A stretch of 64,000 nt of DNA from Candidatus Latescibacterota bacterium (lineage in GTDB: Bacteria > Latescibacterota > UBA2968 > UBA8231). The number at the start of each line of letters is the position of its first letter. Positions within the stretch are counted from its first letter, which is position 1. Below, one piece after another: positions 39,905 to 49,498 of the stretch. Both the position numbers and the translations under genes were made by a program. The notes under the pieces were generated by a model, which ran no database searches, was not told where the DNA came from, and saw only the letters and a program-made list of their open reading frames with translations. The DNA is taken from positions 1,056,001-1,120,000 of the forward strand of contig CBDFJF010000002.1 of assembly GCA_965248265.1 (NCBI GenBank). Reading direction: 5' to 3'.

Positions 39905-39988
39905 TATCGCATCTACGCCTATTGTATTTACGTCTTTGTATTTACGTCTGTATTCGCCCTTATCGCATCTGCGCCTTACTGCATCTGC
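39904..39988. repeat. Nested short direct repeats in the SGNH-AKR spacer
   Basis: TTATCGCATCT(A/G)CGCCT at 39904 and 39960 (degenerate third copy at 39976) bracket TGTATTTACGTCT at 39923 and 39937. Confidence 0.75.
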
Positions 39989-40545
39989 TCCTGGATCGCC
40001 TCGACGACGGCATCAGACAGGACTTCGTTGCCGAAGGCCGTCATGTGGCATCCGTCGTTCTGTAGACACTTGGTGATGTCGTTGCGAACGATGACGTCGT
40101 GCAAGTCGTTTACGGGTACCCCTTCCCTCTGCACAATTTCGAGAGCGGCGGCATTGTACCTGTCGATTTCACTCGCCTCATCGATCGGCCACTGGGCCAT
40201 GGGCAGGTCTGGATCACTGGTGTACAGGGGCGTGGTCGTAGCCCAGATCATTTTCGCTTTTGCGATATCCCTGACCTTGGCAATGAACCGCTGAACGCCG
40301 AGGCGGTACTGGGGGAGAAGAATCTGATGCTCTCCGTCAGACAGAAGCACGGCATCGTGGATGCCGAAGTTGACGTGGACCAGATCCGGCTCCTCGTCGA
40401 CGACCCATTCCTTGCACCGGTCCAGCGCCCACACGCTGTGACGACAATTCTGTACCGGTCCCCCCACATCGACGTCAGGGGTTTTTTTAATTACGAGAGA
40501 CTGATACCCCATGCGGATGGAGTCACCAATCAAGACAACCTTCAT
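39976..40545 (-). CDS. SGNH/GDSL hydrolase
   Basis: IGDSI, NFGIHD and DGCH blocks. Confidence 0.85.
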   Translation of the reverse strand: MKVVLIGDSIRMGYQSLVIKKTPDVDVGGPVQNCRHSVWALDRCKEWVVDEEPDLVHVNFGIHDAVLLSDGEHQILLPQYRLGVQRFIAKVRDIAKAKMIWATTTPLYTSDPDLPMAQWPIDEASEIDRYNAAALEIVQREGVPVNDLHDVIVRNDITKCLQNDGCHMTAFGNEVLSDAVVEAIQEQMQ

Positions 40546-40714
40546 GTCGACGAACTCCTCTCACTCTCAGGCCGATTGTGTTCAGCTCTATCATTGGTGA
40601 ATGAGTATGGTTCGGCCATCGGGCCGTGTCGAGGGATGTCCTTGACTGCCGACCCGAGCGGCCCTTGTTTGTGACCCGAACCAGCAACCAGAGCGAGAAA
40701 TGGAGAGAAGGCCT

Positions 40715-41539
40715 ATGCAACTGACCCAGCAACAGCTCAACCACTTCGACACCTTCGGCTATCTCGCTTTCCCGGGGCTGCTCAAGGAAGAGATCGGCTG
40801 GATCTCGGAGGAGTTCGAGGACGTGATGGCGAACTTCGCCTCCGGCAAGGACCACGACGGCAGCACACGCACCATCATCATTCCCACGATCGATCACAGC
40901 GAACGATTATGCACGCTACTGGACGACGAGCGCATTCTCGGCATCGCCGGTGCTCTGATCGGCGATGACTTCAACTACGGCTCCGGGGACGGCAATTTCT
41001 ACAGCGGCAACACTCACTGGCATGCGGATGGCGGTTATCCCGAACTGTTCGCCATCAAGCTGGCCTTCTATCTGGATCCGTTGACAGGGGGCAGTGGCAG
41101 CCTGAGGGTGATTCCCGGCAGCCACAAGGCCGACTCCATGTGGCGCACCGCCGGTCTTAACGCGAACGAGGCCGAAGAGCTGTGGGGTATCTCGCCGGCG
41201 GACATTCCGGGCAGTGTGCCGCTGCAGACTGACGCCGGAGACCTGGTGGTGTTCGATCACAGCCTCAAACACGCCTCCTTCGGCGGTGGTAAACGCCGGC
41301 GCATGTTCACGATGAACCTGCACAAGCGTGGCAAGACACCCGAAGAAATCGAACGCGTCGACACCTATCTGCAGCACCATTGTCCGGTCGCCGCCGGCTT
41401 CAAGATCGGCCACATGTACACGGACATCATGCTGGATACGGCGGGCCCGGGCCGGCTGGTGCATCTGGAACAGGCGTTCGAACGCCACGCCGTTGTACAT
41501 CCCATCGATACCGTGCAGCGCCCGTTTCCCGGTCGCTGA
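40715..41539 (+). CDS. PhyH-family Fe(II)/2OG dioxygenase
   Basis: FDTFGYL, HWHAD, LRVIPGSH, LKHAS and RR. Confidence 0.85.
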   Translation: MQLTQQQLNHFDTFGYLAFPGLLKEEIGWISEEFEDVMANFASGKDHDGSTRTIIIPTIDHSERLCTLLDDERILGIAGALIGDDFNYGSGDGNFYSGNTHWHADGGYPELFAIKLAFYLDPLTGGSGSLRVIPGSHKADSMWRTAGLNANEAEELWGISPADIPGSVPLQTDAGDLVVFDHSLKHASFGGGKRRRMFTMNLHKRGKTPEEIERVDTYLQHHCPVAAGFKIGHMYTDIMLDTAGPGRLVHLEQAFERHAVVHPIDTVQRPFPGR

Positions 41540-41588
41540 AAGGGGAGTGGAACCGCTGGCGAATCTGCCGCAAGCGTTCGTCTAGCTT

Positions 41589-43211
41589 CTAGTAAGACCT
41601 CTTCGCGGTTATGGTAGCATCCCACCGGCGTGATATCAGATCATCGATGACCGCCTGCCTGGCTGATTCCGTGCCAACCCGGTTGAGCGTCTGGACCGCG
41701 AAGAATCCCACTTGGCCAAAAGGGATCTGCAACGCATCGATGAGGGCCTCTTCGGAGGCCGCTGCCCCGTCGCCCAGCCTGGTGAGAGCCATGGCGGCGG
41801 TGACGTGGACGGCATCGGCGACGGTCCAACCCCAGTTCTTTTTCTCATCCCAGGCCGGGCGCTGTGCCCTCAGAAGACGGGCGAGCGCTTCGACCGGCGC
41901 ATCTTTTTTTATAGCCCCCAGTGAATTTGCGGCCACGCGAATGACGTAGTGCGACTCGTCCTGCAGCGAGGTTTCGAGCGCGGGCACGGCAGAAGCGGCC
42001 TCCGAATCCATTTCTCCCAGGGCGAACGCAGCATTCATGCGGGTCCATTCATGAGCAGAGCCGAGCAGCCCTATCAAAGGCTCGAGGGCCGGTGCACCTA
42101 TGGTTCCCAGGGCGTAGGCGGCATCATGCAGCGTCATCCAGCGTGAATCAAAGTCGGGTGACTCCTCGCCACGGCTGGCGCGCTCACCGGATTGTTCCAG
42201 CAGACGGCACAGCGGATGGATCGCCGGCTCGCCGATGGATGCGAGGGCGTAGATGGCTGAAGTGCGCAGGGCCTGATGCGCCGTATTCAACAACGCCGAA
42301 AGCGCAGGAACCGCGGCCACCGCTTCAGGGCCCGCCGCCGCCAGCTCGGTCAAGGCGCGCAGCTTTTCTTCGACGGAGAGCTCGGCGTTGAGTGTTTCGA
42401 CCAGAGCAGGGACGTTCGAAGACTCTGAGATGTCTGGGGGGAGTGAAACTGCTTTCTCACCGCAGTGCCAGTACCACATTGAGCGCCACGCCGGTTCCAG
42501 GTCGTATGGAGCGGTGATTTCTTCGGGCTGCTGCCATTCCGTGTCTTCGCAATCCCAGCTGGGCTGTCGCGGTTCTTGAGCCCGCATGAAGATGAATTTG
42601 ATCATGTGGCGTGAACGATCCTGCATATTGACGCCGGCCGCATGACCGATATCGAAGTGGGACAGGAAGACGAGCCCGGCTTTGCCGTCGACGGGAAGCA
42701 CCCGGTTTCGATCTTCATCGGTGAGACGGTCGTGACACTGGGTGCCCGCCAACACATGGGTCGGTCCCATCTCGATTGGGGTGTCCTGAGAGTAATACAT
42801 GATACGCGCGTAGCGGGTGCGGTGAGAGCGCGGTTGGCTACAGGGACTGTAGGAGTCCTGGTGGCACCCGCCGGAGACCGACTTTGCCACCTCGTCGCCA
42901 GATAGTGCGTCCTCGACGGGCTGCCGCATGTGCCAATAGCGGTGGGGGTGCCTGAAGTAATTCTCGCCCAGAACGCTGGTGAGCGCTCCTTGCACTTGCG
43001 GGCTGTTGAGGATCAGCTCCAGTTCCGGAATGCGAGGGATGATGTTGTTGCCCGGATTGAACTCGTGCTCAACGATAAAATTGAATTTCTCATCGATGGT
43101 CCGATGGACTTCGTCAGGCACGCTGGGACGGAGAAGGAGGTAGCCGTTGGCGATGAACTGGCGCATCTGTTCGTCGCTGAGAAGGACGGGCTGTTGCGAT
43201 TTGAGCCCCAC
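41589..43211 (-). CDS. PhyH-like dioxygenase fused to C-terminal HEAT/PBS-lyase repeats
   Basis: FIANGY, CHQDS, GPTHVLAGT and IGHAA, followed by repeated R..AA.ALG.IG..A..P.L units. Confidence 0.8.
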   Translation of the reverse strand: MGLKSQQPVLLSDEQMRQFIANGYLLLRPSVPDEVHRTIDEKFNFIVEHEFNPGNNIIPRIPELELILNSPQVQGALTSVLGENYFRHPHRYWHMRQPVEDALSGDEVAKSVSGGCHQDSYSPCSQPRSHRTRYARIMYYSQDTPIEMGPTHVLAGTQCHDRLTDEDRNRVLPVDGKAGLVFLSHFDIGHAAGVNMQDRSRHMIKFIFMRAQEPRQPSWDCEDTEWQQPEEITAPYDLEPAWRSMWYWHCGEKAVSLPPDISESSNVPALVETLNAELSVEEKLRALTELAAAGPEAVAAVPALSALLNTAHQALRTSAIYALASIGEPAIHPLCRLLEQSGERASRGEESPDFDSRWMTLHDAAYALGTIGAPALEPLIGLLGSAHEWTRMNAAFALGEMDSEAASAVPALETSLQDESHYVIRVAANSLGAIKKDAPVEALARLLRAQRPAWDEKKNWGWTVADAVHVTAAMALTRLGDGAAASEEALIDALQIPFGQVGFFAVQTLNRVGTESARQAVIDDLISRRWDATITAKRSY

Positions 43212-43213
43212 GA

Positions 43214-44701
43214 TCAGCCTTCGTCGGCTACATACGCCGCGTACAGAAACACATCATCCAGGCGCTCGCACTCGAGGTTGATACGCAACCGCAACGGGGC
43301 ATCGATCCCCTCTACCTTCTGTTTTCCTTTCCAGGCAACGGGAGTGCGAAGGCCTTCCTCCGTCACCGGCAGACAGTCCTCCCTGCTATACCCGGGAAGC
43401 GGCCTCATCTGCTCATCCAGTATTTCCGCGCGCAGGGTGTTTTTCTCCGACAGTCCCTCGGCGTTGATGTAGACGGACCCTGATTTACCCTTCAGGTCGA
43501 TGAGGCAGGAGATGAAGTGCGGGTCCGCGTACTCCGGTACCTTGTCGCCGATATGCTCCCGCCAGTACAACTGATGGGTATCCTCGCTCGGCTGCAGGTT
43601 GGGCTTGGGATCCGGCACTACTTCGAAGTACCCCAGACGGTCCCGGGGGAATCGCGCCACATTCAGATCGCCGCCGCGCCAGCTCGAGTACCAGAAGAGC
43701 GACTCGTCGCCGACGTTGGCGAAGCCCTGTCCCTGCTCCAGGGTCGGAAAATTCATCTCTCCACGCGCGATCTCGTAGGCCGGAATGAATCTGAAATCCG
43801 GGATCGGCTCGACGAAGTGCAGGGCGTCGTTGCTGACGACCAACCCCAGATCCATGCTGATGAATTCACGATCATTCGACTCCCCGTGCCACATGCCATA
43901 GACGCCGATGATGACGTTGCCCCGGTCCCACAGACCGGCGCCCAGGTGAATCTGCTCGCCGGCGTGACAGCCGGGGATCTGCTTGTGGGGAGGCTGGTCG
44001 CGGCGCATGCCAAGGACGACGGCGTCACTCCAATTGTCGAAGTCGTATGAAACGAAGGTGACGAGGGCCCTCTTGGTGCCGACGTTGCCGCCCTGGCCGT
44101 TGAGGACATAACAACCATTGTATTTGATCAACCCCGTGGGCTCTACCGCATTGTGTTTGAGGATCGGGTTGTTCGGCCCCTCCTTCCAGTGCAGTCCATC
44201 CGGACTGTAGAGGACGGCGATGTAGTATGGGTGGAGCTCGATCACCATCTTGAAACGACGCTCGGGATCCGGATCGTCCGCTTCGTACAGAACCGAACAC
44301 GAGCCCGGATCACTGCCGAGATCGCAGTCGACGATGTTGTTGTGCTTTGAGCCGTTGAACTCGACCAAACCGAGGTCGGGTTTTTCCCAGTTGAGGCCGT
44401 CGGTGCTGACAGCGTAACAGATATGACCCTTCGCTCGCCCACCGGTCTCCACCCCATGACCCCTGTACCACACCCGCAGCTCATCCCCGACCTGGCAGAC
44501 GGTACCGTAGTATGCGATGGCCTGCCCGTCAGGCGCTTCCGGCTCGCCCCGTTTCATGGCGATGAGGTGGCCCTTGTAGGGGTTGAGGCCCTCCACGAGA
44601 CCGATCTGCAGTCGGTACCTGAACGGGATGGTACGGTCGTCATATGGGAACAACACCGCTTCGCTGACATCCACTGCTGGTCCACCGTTCAAAACGAGCA
44701 T
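43214..44701 (-). CDS. Uncharacterised beta-propeller (GH32/GH43-like) protein, paralog 3 (closest to 36605-38152)
   Basis: EAVLFPYDD, YAVSTDGLNWEKPDLGLVEFNGSKHNN, GEQIHLGAGLWDRGNVI and MDLGLVVSNDALHF. Confidence 0.75.
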   Translation of the reverse strand: MLVLNGGPAVDVSEAVLFPYDDRTIPFRYRLQIGLVEGLNPYKGHLIAMKRGEPEAPDGQAIAYYGTVCQVGDELRVWYRGHGVETGGRAKGHICYAVSTDGLNWEKPDLGLVEFNGSKHNNIVDCDLGSDPGSCSVLYEADDPDPERRFKMVIELHPYYIAVLYSPDGLHWKEGPNNPILKHNAVEPTGLIKYNGCYVLNGQGGNVGTKRALVTFVSYDFDNWSDAVVLGMRRDQPPHKQIPGCHAGEQIHLGAGLWDRGNVIIGVYGMWHGESNDREFISMDLGLVVSNDALHFVEPIPDFRFIPAYEIARGEMNFPTLEQGQGFANVGDESLFWYSSWRGGDLNVARFPRDRLGYFEVVPDPKPNLQPSEDTHQLYWREHIGDKVPEYADPHFISCLIDLKGKSGSVYINAEGLSEKNTLRAEILDEQMRPLPGYSREDCLPVTEEGLRTPVAWKGKQKVEGIDAPLRLRINLECERLDDVFLYAAYVADEG

Positions 44702-44931
44702 CTGTCTGTGACTCCTGGTTTCGCAGGTGTGCTGAGTTCGGGCAAACGGTTGCGTTTCGTCCTCTCACGAGCAGCAGAATAACCTTCTGCTCCGCAGCGG
44801 GGTCAACCATCCGGTTGCTACCCGCGCCACGCGTACTAGGCGGACGGTGGGCGCGAATGCAGGGGAAATTAGCTACATTCCGCGCCGGAAAACGACCAGA
44901 ACACAGGTGAGTTACGCGAAAGGGAAGGGCC

Positions 44932-46782
44932 ATGAAGACGATCGAGTTTGCCGGCCGAACCACGCCCCCCGAATGGGCGGTACGACAGCGCCATCTAATC
45001 GACCAGATGAATCGCGCCGCGCCCAGGTTTGTAGAGCGCTACACCCGGCCCGACGGCACCCTCATCTGGCGCGATGAGTGGCCGGGGATGGATGGCTCCG
45101 ACGACGGCTACGAGAGCTTCCTCACCTTTCCCCTGTTCTACATGCTCGGCGGCAATGAGGAGATCCACACCATGGCGCGGCGCCTGTGGAGCGCGGTGAC
45201 CTGGCAGTTCACCGAATACGGTACCGTGACCCGTGAGTTCGCCCGCCACTACGACTGGATGCACCACGGGGAGGCCTACACCTTTCTCCACTACTTCGGT
45301 CTGGCCGATCCCGATTGCCATGTCGATCGCCAGCGGGCCCTGAAGTTCGCGGCGATGTACATGGGTGAAGATCCGCAGGCACCCAACTGGGATCCGGAAC
45401 ACAAGATCATCCGCTCCCCGATCAACGGCGGTGCCGGCCCCTGCTTCGAGATGACGGCCGAGGACTGGCTGACCCACCGTATCAACCTGGCGCGCTACCT
45501 GTCGCCGTACGAAGATATTGAGGGCCTCGACAGCTCGGACCCCTTCGCCGCAGCCGACTGGGCGGACGACGCCATGTTTGCCAAGGTCCTCAAGCTGATG
45601 AACGAGCGCATGGTACCCGGCGACGTGCCGCTCAACCTCAACGCCACCAGCCTGATCGCCAACGCCTATCTGTATACCGGCGACGACAAGTACAAACAGT
45701 GGATCACCGACTACGTCCAGGCCTGGATGGATCGCGCCGAGGTCAACGGTGGTCTCATTCCCGACAACGTCGGTCCCACCGGCAAGATCGGCGAGCGCAT
45801 GGGCGGCAAGTGGTGGGGGGGCTACTACGGCTGGCGCTGGCCCCACGGCGGCTGGGTCATGCTCGAGGCCATGTGCAACGCCGGCTGCAACGCCACCCTG
45901 TTGACTGGTGACCCCTCCTGGTTGGACCTGTTCCGCTCTCAGGCGGACAAGCTGTGGGAAATGCGGCGGGAGGAAGACGGACAAATCATGATCCCCAACA
46001 AGCACGGCGACCAGGGTTGGTTCGAATACACCCCGCACGCCGAGAGCCATACCCTGCGGCTGCTGATGTACGCCTACGCCGTCGGCCGCCAGCAGCAGGA
46101 CCTCGACCGCATCGAAGAGCAGTACGGGGACCGGCCGCTGCCGCGGGATTTGCCCCTGCCCGGTTGCAGCAAAGCGGGCAACTTCCACATCCACGACTGG
46201 TTCGAGTACACTGTCGGTCGCAACCCGGAGTTTCCCGAGCGCGCTCTGGAAATCACCCAAGTCGAGATGCGCCAACGCCTGGAAGTCATCGATTCGGAGA
46301 CCCTGGACTGGACAACCTGGCGCGACGTGCAAGACTGGCAGGACGTCCACCACTGGCAGTCGATCAACCCGGTGGTTCCCGAGGGCATCATGCAGATGTC
46401 CATGGGCACGCCCACGGCGGTCTATCACGGCGGCATGGTGCACGCCGCGCTGCGCTATTTCGACCCGGTAGATCGACGGCCGGGACTGCCTCCGCACCTG
46501 TCCGCTCTGGTCGATGAGGTTGAGACCGACCACATATGCGTGCACCTGGTGAACACGGACATTCTTGAAACGCGGGAGGTGATCCTGCAGTCCGGGGGGG
46601 TTGCCGAGCACGAGTTCGGGGAAGTGCGCCGTGACGATGGCGCCGCCGCGCCGGTGGCCGTCGATGAGCGCCACCTACGGGTGCGCCTGGGACCAGCGAC
46701 GCAGGTGCGGCTGCACATCGGCCTGAAACGGCTGGCGCACAAGCCGACCTACGCACGGCCGGACTTTGGGATTACCAAATAG
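44932..46782 (+). CDS. Uncharacterised ~620-aa protein, paralog of 9329-11239
   Basis: PPEWAVRQR, DGSDDGYE, HHGE, GDVP, NAYLYTGDDKYKQW, WWGGYYGW and RPGLPP. Confidence 0.8.
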   Translation: MKTIEFAGRTTPPEWAVRQRHLIDQMNRAAPRFVERYTRPDGTLIWRDEWPGMDGSDDGYESFLTFPLFYMLGGNEEIHTMARRLWSAVTWQFTEYGTVTREFARHYDWMHHGEAYTFLHYFGLADPDCHVDRQRALKFAAMYMGEDPQAPNWDPEHKIIRSPINGGAGPCFEMTAEDWLTHRINLARYLSPYEDIEGLDSSDPFAAADWADDAMFAKVLKLMNERMVPGDVPLNLNATSLIANAYLYTGDDKYKQWITDYVQAWMDRAEVNGGLIPDNVGPTGKIGERMGGKWWGGYYGWRWPHGGWVMLEAMCNAGCNATLLTGDPSWLDLFRSQADKLWEMRREEDGQIMIPNKHGDQGWFEYTPHAESHTLRLLMYAYAVGRQQQDLDRIEEQYGDRPLPRDLPLPGCSKAGNFHIHDWFEYTVGRNPEFPERALEITQVEMRQRLEVIDSETLDWTTWRDVQDWQDVHHWQSINPVVPEGIMQMSMGTPTAVYHGGMVHAALRYFDPVDRRPGLPPHLSALVDEVETDHICVHLVNTDILETREVILQSGGVAEHEFGEVRRDDGAAAPVAVDERHLRVRLGPATQVRLHIGLKRLAHKPTYARPDFGITK

Positions 46783-47164
46783 ATGAAACGTGAGGGTAAG
46801 ACAGGATCTTGTCGTCTGCCGTCAGGACCGACATGCGGTGTAACCTCGCAGTAGCCGTGATGAAGCGGTCTGCCGGATCCCGGTGGTAACTGCCAGGAAG
46901 GGAGTACGCTTCCTGAATGATGGCCACTCCAATGTCGATGACCCACCATTGGTTCAGTCCAATTACATCGTCGAACCATACTTTCCAGTGTCTGTCCAGG
47001 ATGATGCGTTGGCGCTCAGCAAGACAGGCGACCTCTGCGCAGCTGATGGCGGAGACGTGGACCTCGGTGGTGTCCGATTCCAACGCTTCGATCGCGGCGG
47101 GACTCAGCTTATCCGGATCGGACGCAGCCCAGATAACGCAGCATGTGTCGAGCAGGATCTTCAT
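46772..47164 (-). CDS. vapC: VapC-family PIN-domain toxin
   Basis: ILLDT, VSAISCAE, HRDPADRFI and LTAD. Confidence 0.9.
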   Translation of the reverse strand: MKILLDTCCVIWAASDPDKLSPAAIEALESDTTEVHVSAISCAEVACLAERQRIILDRHWKVWFDDVIGLNQWWVIDIGVAIIQEAYSLPGSYHRDPADRFITATARLHRMSVLTADDKILSYPHVSSIW

Positions 47165-47170
47165 TTCACC

Positions 47171-47416
47171 TCACACATCACTCCCAAGCATGTCCCAATC
47201 ATCCTCGGGCATAGCGGGAGCGGTCAGATCGCCTTTGACCTTAACGCTTCCCTTAAACGAGCCCAGTTGGGTCTTGTTGGTGGGCGCCTTGGGCAACGGT
47301 ACAATGCGTGCAAATGGCACGTTCCGTTTGGCGACCTCAACCGTTTCTCCATTCTCAACCAGCCTCAAGTAATCGCTGAGGTGGTTCTTGAGCTCGGCGA
47401 TGTTGGCGGACTTCAT
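47171..47416 (-). CDS. Phd/YefM-family antitoxin
   Basis: NIAELKNHLSDYLRLVENGETVEV.KRNVP.ARIVP, directly upstream of the toxin. Confidence 0.9.
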   Translation of the reverse strand: MKSANIAELKNHLSDYLRLVENGETVEVAKRNVPFARIVPLPKAPTNKTQLGSFKGSVKVKGDLTAPAMPEDDWDMLGSDV

Positions 47417-47452
47417 CGGCGGACTCTCCTCGCAAGGTGTTGGAATATAATA

Positions 47453-47501
47453 TTGGCCAACTATATGGCCATATAGTAAGCCATAAATATGGCCATGTCA
47501 A
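47453..47501 (-). promoter_or_regulatory. Sigma70 promoter with overlapping TA operator boxes
   Basis: TTGACA (47501-47496), a 17-nt spacer, then TACTAT (47478-47473). 18-bp palindrome ACTATATGGCCATATAGT at 47460-47477. TGGCCA boxes at 47454, 47466 and 47490. Confidence 0.8.
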
Positions 47502-47576
47502 TGCACCCAACTCAACGAGGCGTAAAAAGACCCTCAATAGTTCCTACGCCATTGTCCCAAAGCGGGCAGGAAGCCG

Positions 47577-47660
47577 ATGCGCTTCTACCGACAAACAGCA
47601 CAAGCACTCCTGCAGTGTTGATCTGCACACGCGCACGATGTACGTGTGCATCCTGGACCC
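47577..47660 (+). mobile_element. IS110-family transposase N-terminal remnant
   Basis: MRFY/KQHKHSCSVDLHTRTMYVCILD resembles the MRFY..YCGIDLHARTMYVCILD start of IS110 DEDD recombinases. Frameshifted and truncated. Confidence 0.7.
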
Positions 47661-47827
47661 GTACGGACTCTCCAAATTGTTCATCGTCCATCGCAGCGCC
47701 GGCGCAACCCGTCCACCCTGACGCGTGGCGTCAAGGCCATTCCGTTAGATCGCCTCAAGGAACTCTGGCAGGACTGAGTTGGATTGGGCCCGAGAAGATG
47801 CCCAGACGCTGCAGGCCGGCCATGCGG

Positions 47828-48625
47828 TTATTCCAGGATCTGGGTCAGATGCTCGGTTGTCAGTAACTCGGCGTCGGATGGATGCTGCAGGAACGGCGCC
47901 ACATCCTCGCGCAACCTGACGACATCGTGACCCGCCAACTTGGAACGCACCAGGTCGGGCCATCGGTGCGCCTCATGGTGGCCGACACCTTCCGTCTGAT
48001 CCAGTGCTGCTTGCAGCAACTGGAGATTGGGCTCGACACGGGGCGAACGGGAACGGTACCACAGCAAATCGTACCAGTCCCTGCCCTTCGGGTACTCTCG
48101 CACGATCAGTGCGTGCACCTTACCAGCCATCAGTGACGGCAGGTCGTGATGGCGGAAGGCCACCAGGAAGTGTCGATTGACGACGCGGTTTTGGGTGACG
48201 GCCCCATCAGGGGGCACCGTGTCGATCTCGACTTTGACGGACAGCTTCTGATCCGCTAGAGGCGACAGCCCGCACTCTTCCAGCAGGCTGGCTATCCGCA
48301 CCCAGCCCACGTGCACTGTTTTGCGGTCATTCCATGTGACGCTCACGTCAAAGCCGGCGCGAGTGAGATCCGTTTCAAGTCCGGTGCGCCACGACGCCGG
48401 GTCGTACGCCTGGGCGGACTCGACCGAGAAATCGAGATCCTCAGAGAATCGCTGTAAGTCGTACAGAAAGCGCAAGGCTGTGCCGCCGACAAAGGAGAGG
48501 GCTTGAAAGGCCTGTCCCTCGTGCAGGGATCGCAAGACGGATGCCTGGGCGTACTCGCGCAGCAGGTTGAGTCGCGTCACAGGGTCGTCCACGCTTCGGG
48601 CCAGTTCCAGTGCACGTGCCTTCAT
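47828..48625 (-). CDS. abiEii: AbiEii-family nucleotidyltransferase toxin (type IV TA)
   Basis: FVGGTAL..RFSEDLDFS, KVEID, AGK..A..R..KGRDWYDL. Confidence 0.9.
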   Translation of the reverse strand: MKARALELARSVDDPVTRLNLLREYAQASVLRSLHEGQAFQALSFVGGTALRFLYDLQRFSEDLDFSVESAQAYDPASWRTGLETDLTRAGFDVSVTWNDRKTVHVGWVRIASLLEECGLSPLADQKLSVKVEIDTVPPDGAVTQNRVVNRHFLVAFRHHDLPSLMAGKVHALIVREYPKGRDWYDLLWYRSRSPRVEPNLQLLQAALDQTEGVGHHEAHRWPDLVRSKLAGHDVVRLREDVAPFLQHPSDAELLTTEHLTQILE

Positions 48626-49260
48626 GCGCTGTCCTCAAAGGCTTCGTCCTCAACCAACCGCAGCCAGCGTGCAGCGGCGCGGCCCAGTCGTGGCGATTGG
48701 CAACGCTCGACGTATTCGTCCAATCTCGAGGGGTTCACGAGTCCTACCTGCTGGAATCGCATTTCCAGCAGCCGGTCTTGGCTCCACTCTCCAGAGTTGA
48801 GGTGCCACAGATCCAGCAGGGCCTTCTCAGGCTCGGCGATAGAAAAGGCCACACCGTCAATGGTCCGAGTCACCGATCCCCAGAACAGACTCTGTTTGAG
48901 ACTCGAATAGGTGAACATTCCGACCGCGTTTTCGAACTTGCGCGTGACGCGCGGGGTGACGCTCTGGTAGGCCGCAACGGCGTCGGGTAAGAGTCCGTAA
49001 AAGCTCAGGGCCCACAGACAACTCAGGTAGGACGGCCGGTACATCTCATTGGCCACCTGGACGGGGGACAGGGCCGTCCTGCGATAGACATGACCGATCG
49101 AGTAGAGACCACGCCTCAAAGGAATGAGCTTACCACTACCGATCCAGCGAGAAAGCTGAGCCCTTACCTGCGGTCGTGGAGCAGCCGACAGCTGCACAGC
49201 CGTGGCAAGGTCGAACAGGGCTTGGTCGCCAAGCTCCTCGAGTAAGGTGAGCCATTTCAT
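48622..49260 (-). CDS. abiEi: AbiEi-family antitoxin/transcriptional regulator
   Basis: QLSRW..GKLIPLRRGLY, PSYLS..ALSFYGL.P and AEPEKALLD. ATGA overlap with the toxin. Start at 49260 below an AT-rich promoter. Confidence 0.85.
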   Translation of the reverse strand: MKWLTLLEELGDQALFDLATAVQLSAAPRPQVRAQLSRWIGSGKLIPLRRGLYSIGHVYRRTALSPVQVANEMYRPSYLSCLWALSFYGLLPDAVAAYQSVTPRVTRKFENAVGMFTYSSLKQSLFWGSVTRTIDGVAFSIAEPEKALLDLWHLNSGEWSQDRLLEMRFQQVGLVNPSRLDEYVERCQSPRLGRAAARWLRLVEDEAFEDSA

Positions 49261-49305
49261 TTCTTTTAATATACATAAATAATTTATAACTGAAACAATT
49301 ACGTC
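49261..49305 (-). promoter_or_regulatory. AT-rich abiEi promoter/operator, possibly leaderless
   Basis: TATATT lies 7 nt before the ATG with no strong SD. Imperfect palindrome ATAAAT-T-ATTTAT. Confidence 0.45.
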
Positions 49306-49498
49306 GAATTCGATTTCCAAAACGAATGGCGAGCGCGGTTCCGAGCGCCAGACCCCCCATGAAGCTGGACAAGGCCAGAGAGGATGCCCAGACGCTGCTG
49401 CCAAAGGTCAGGCCTGCCATGCGGAAGAAAAGGGTCTCGAAAATCAAACCCGCGGCGCCCGACAGGAAGAACGCCAGGCAAAGCAAGAGCTTCGTCAC
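49300..49498 (-). pseudogene. N-terminal fragment of a fused MFS/spermidine-synthase-like membrane protein
   Basis: FFLSGAAGLIFETLFFR..FGSSVWA...LSSFMGGLALG, cut after RIRR. Confidence 0.7.

Noticed and set aside
44995-46674. 559-aa antisense ORF, and similar long overlaps at 16502-17983, 22031-23218, 30917-32209 and 50531-51802
   Set aside because: These are shadow or alternate-frame ORFs expected from GC-rich codon bias, with no motifs.
47500-47660. Functional IS110 bridge-RNA system
   Set aside because: Only a frameshifted ~27-codon stub and a short upstream region remain. No intact recombinase or recognisable RNA structure.
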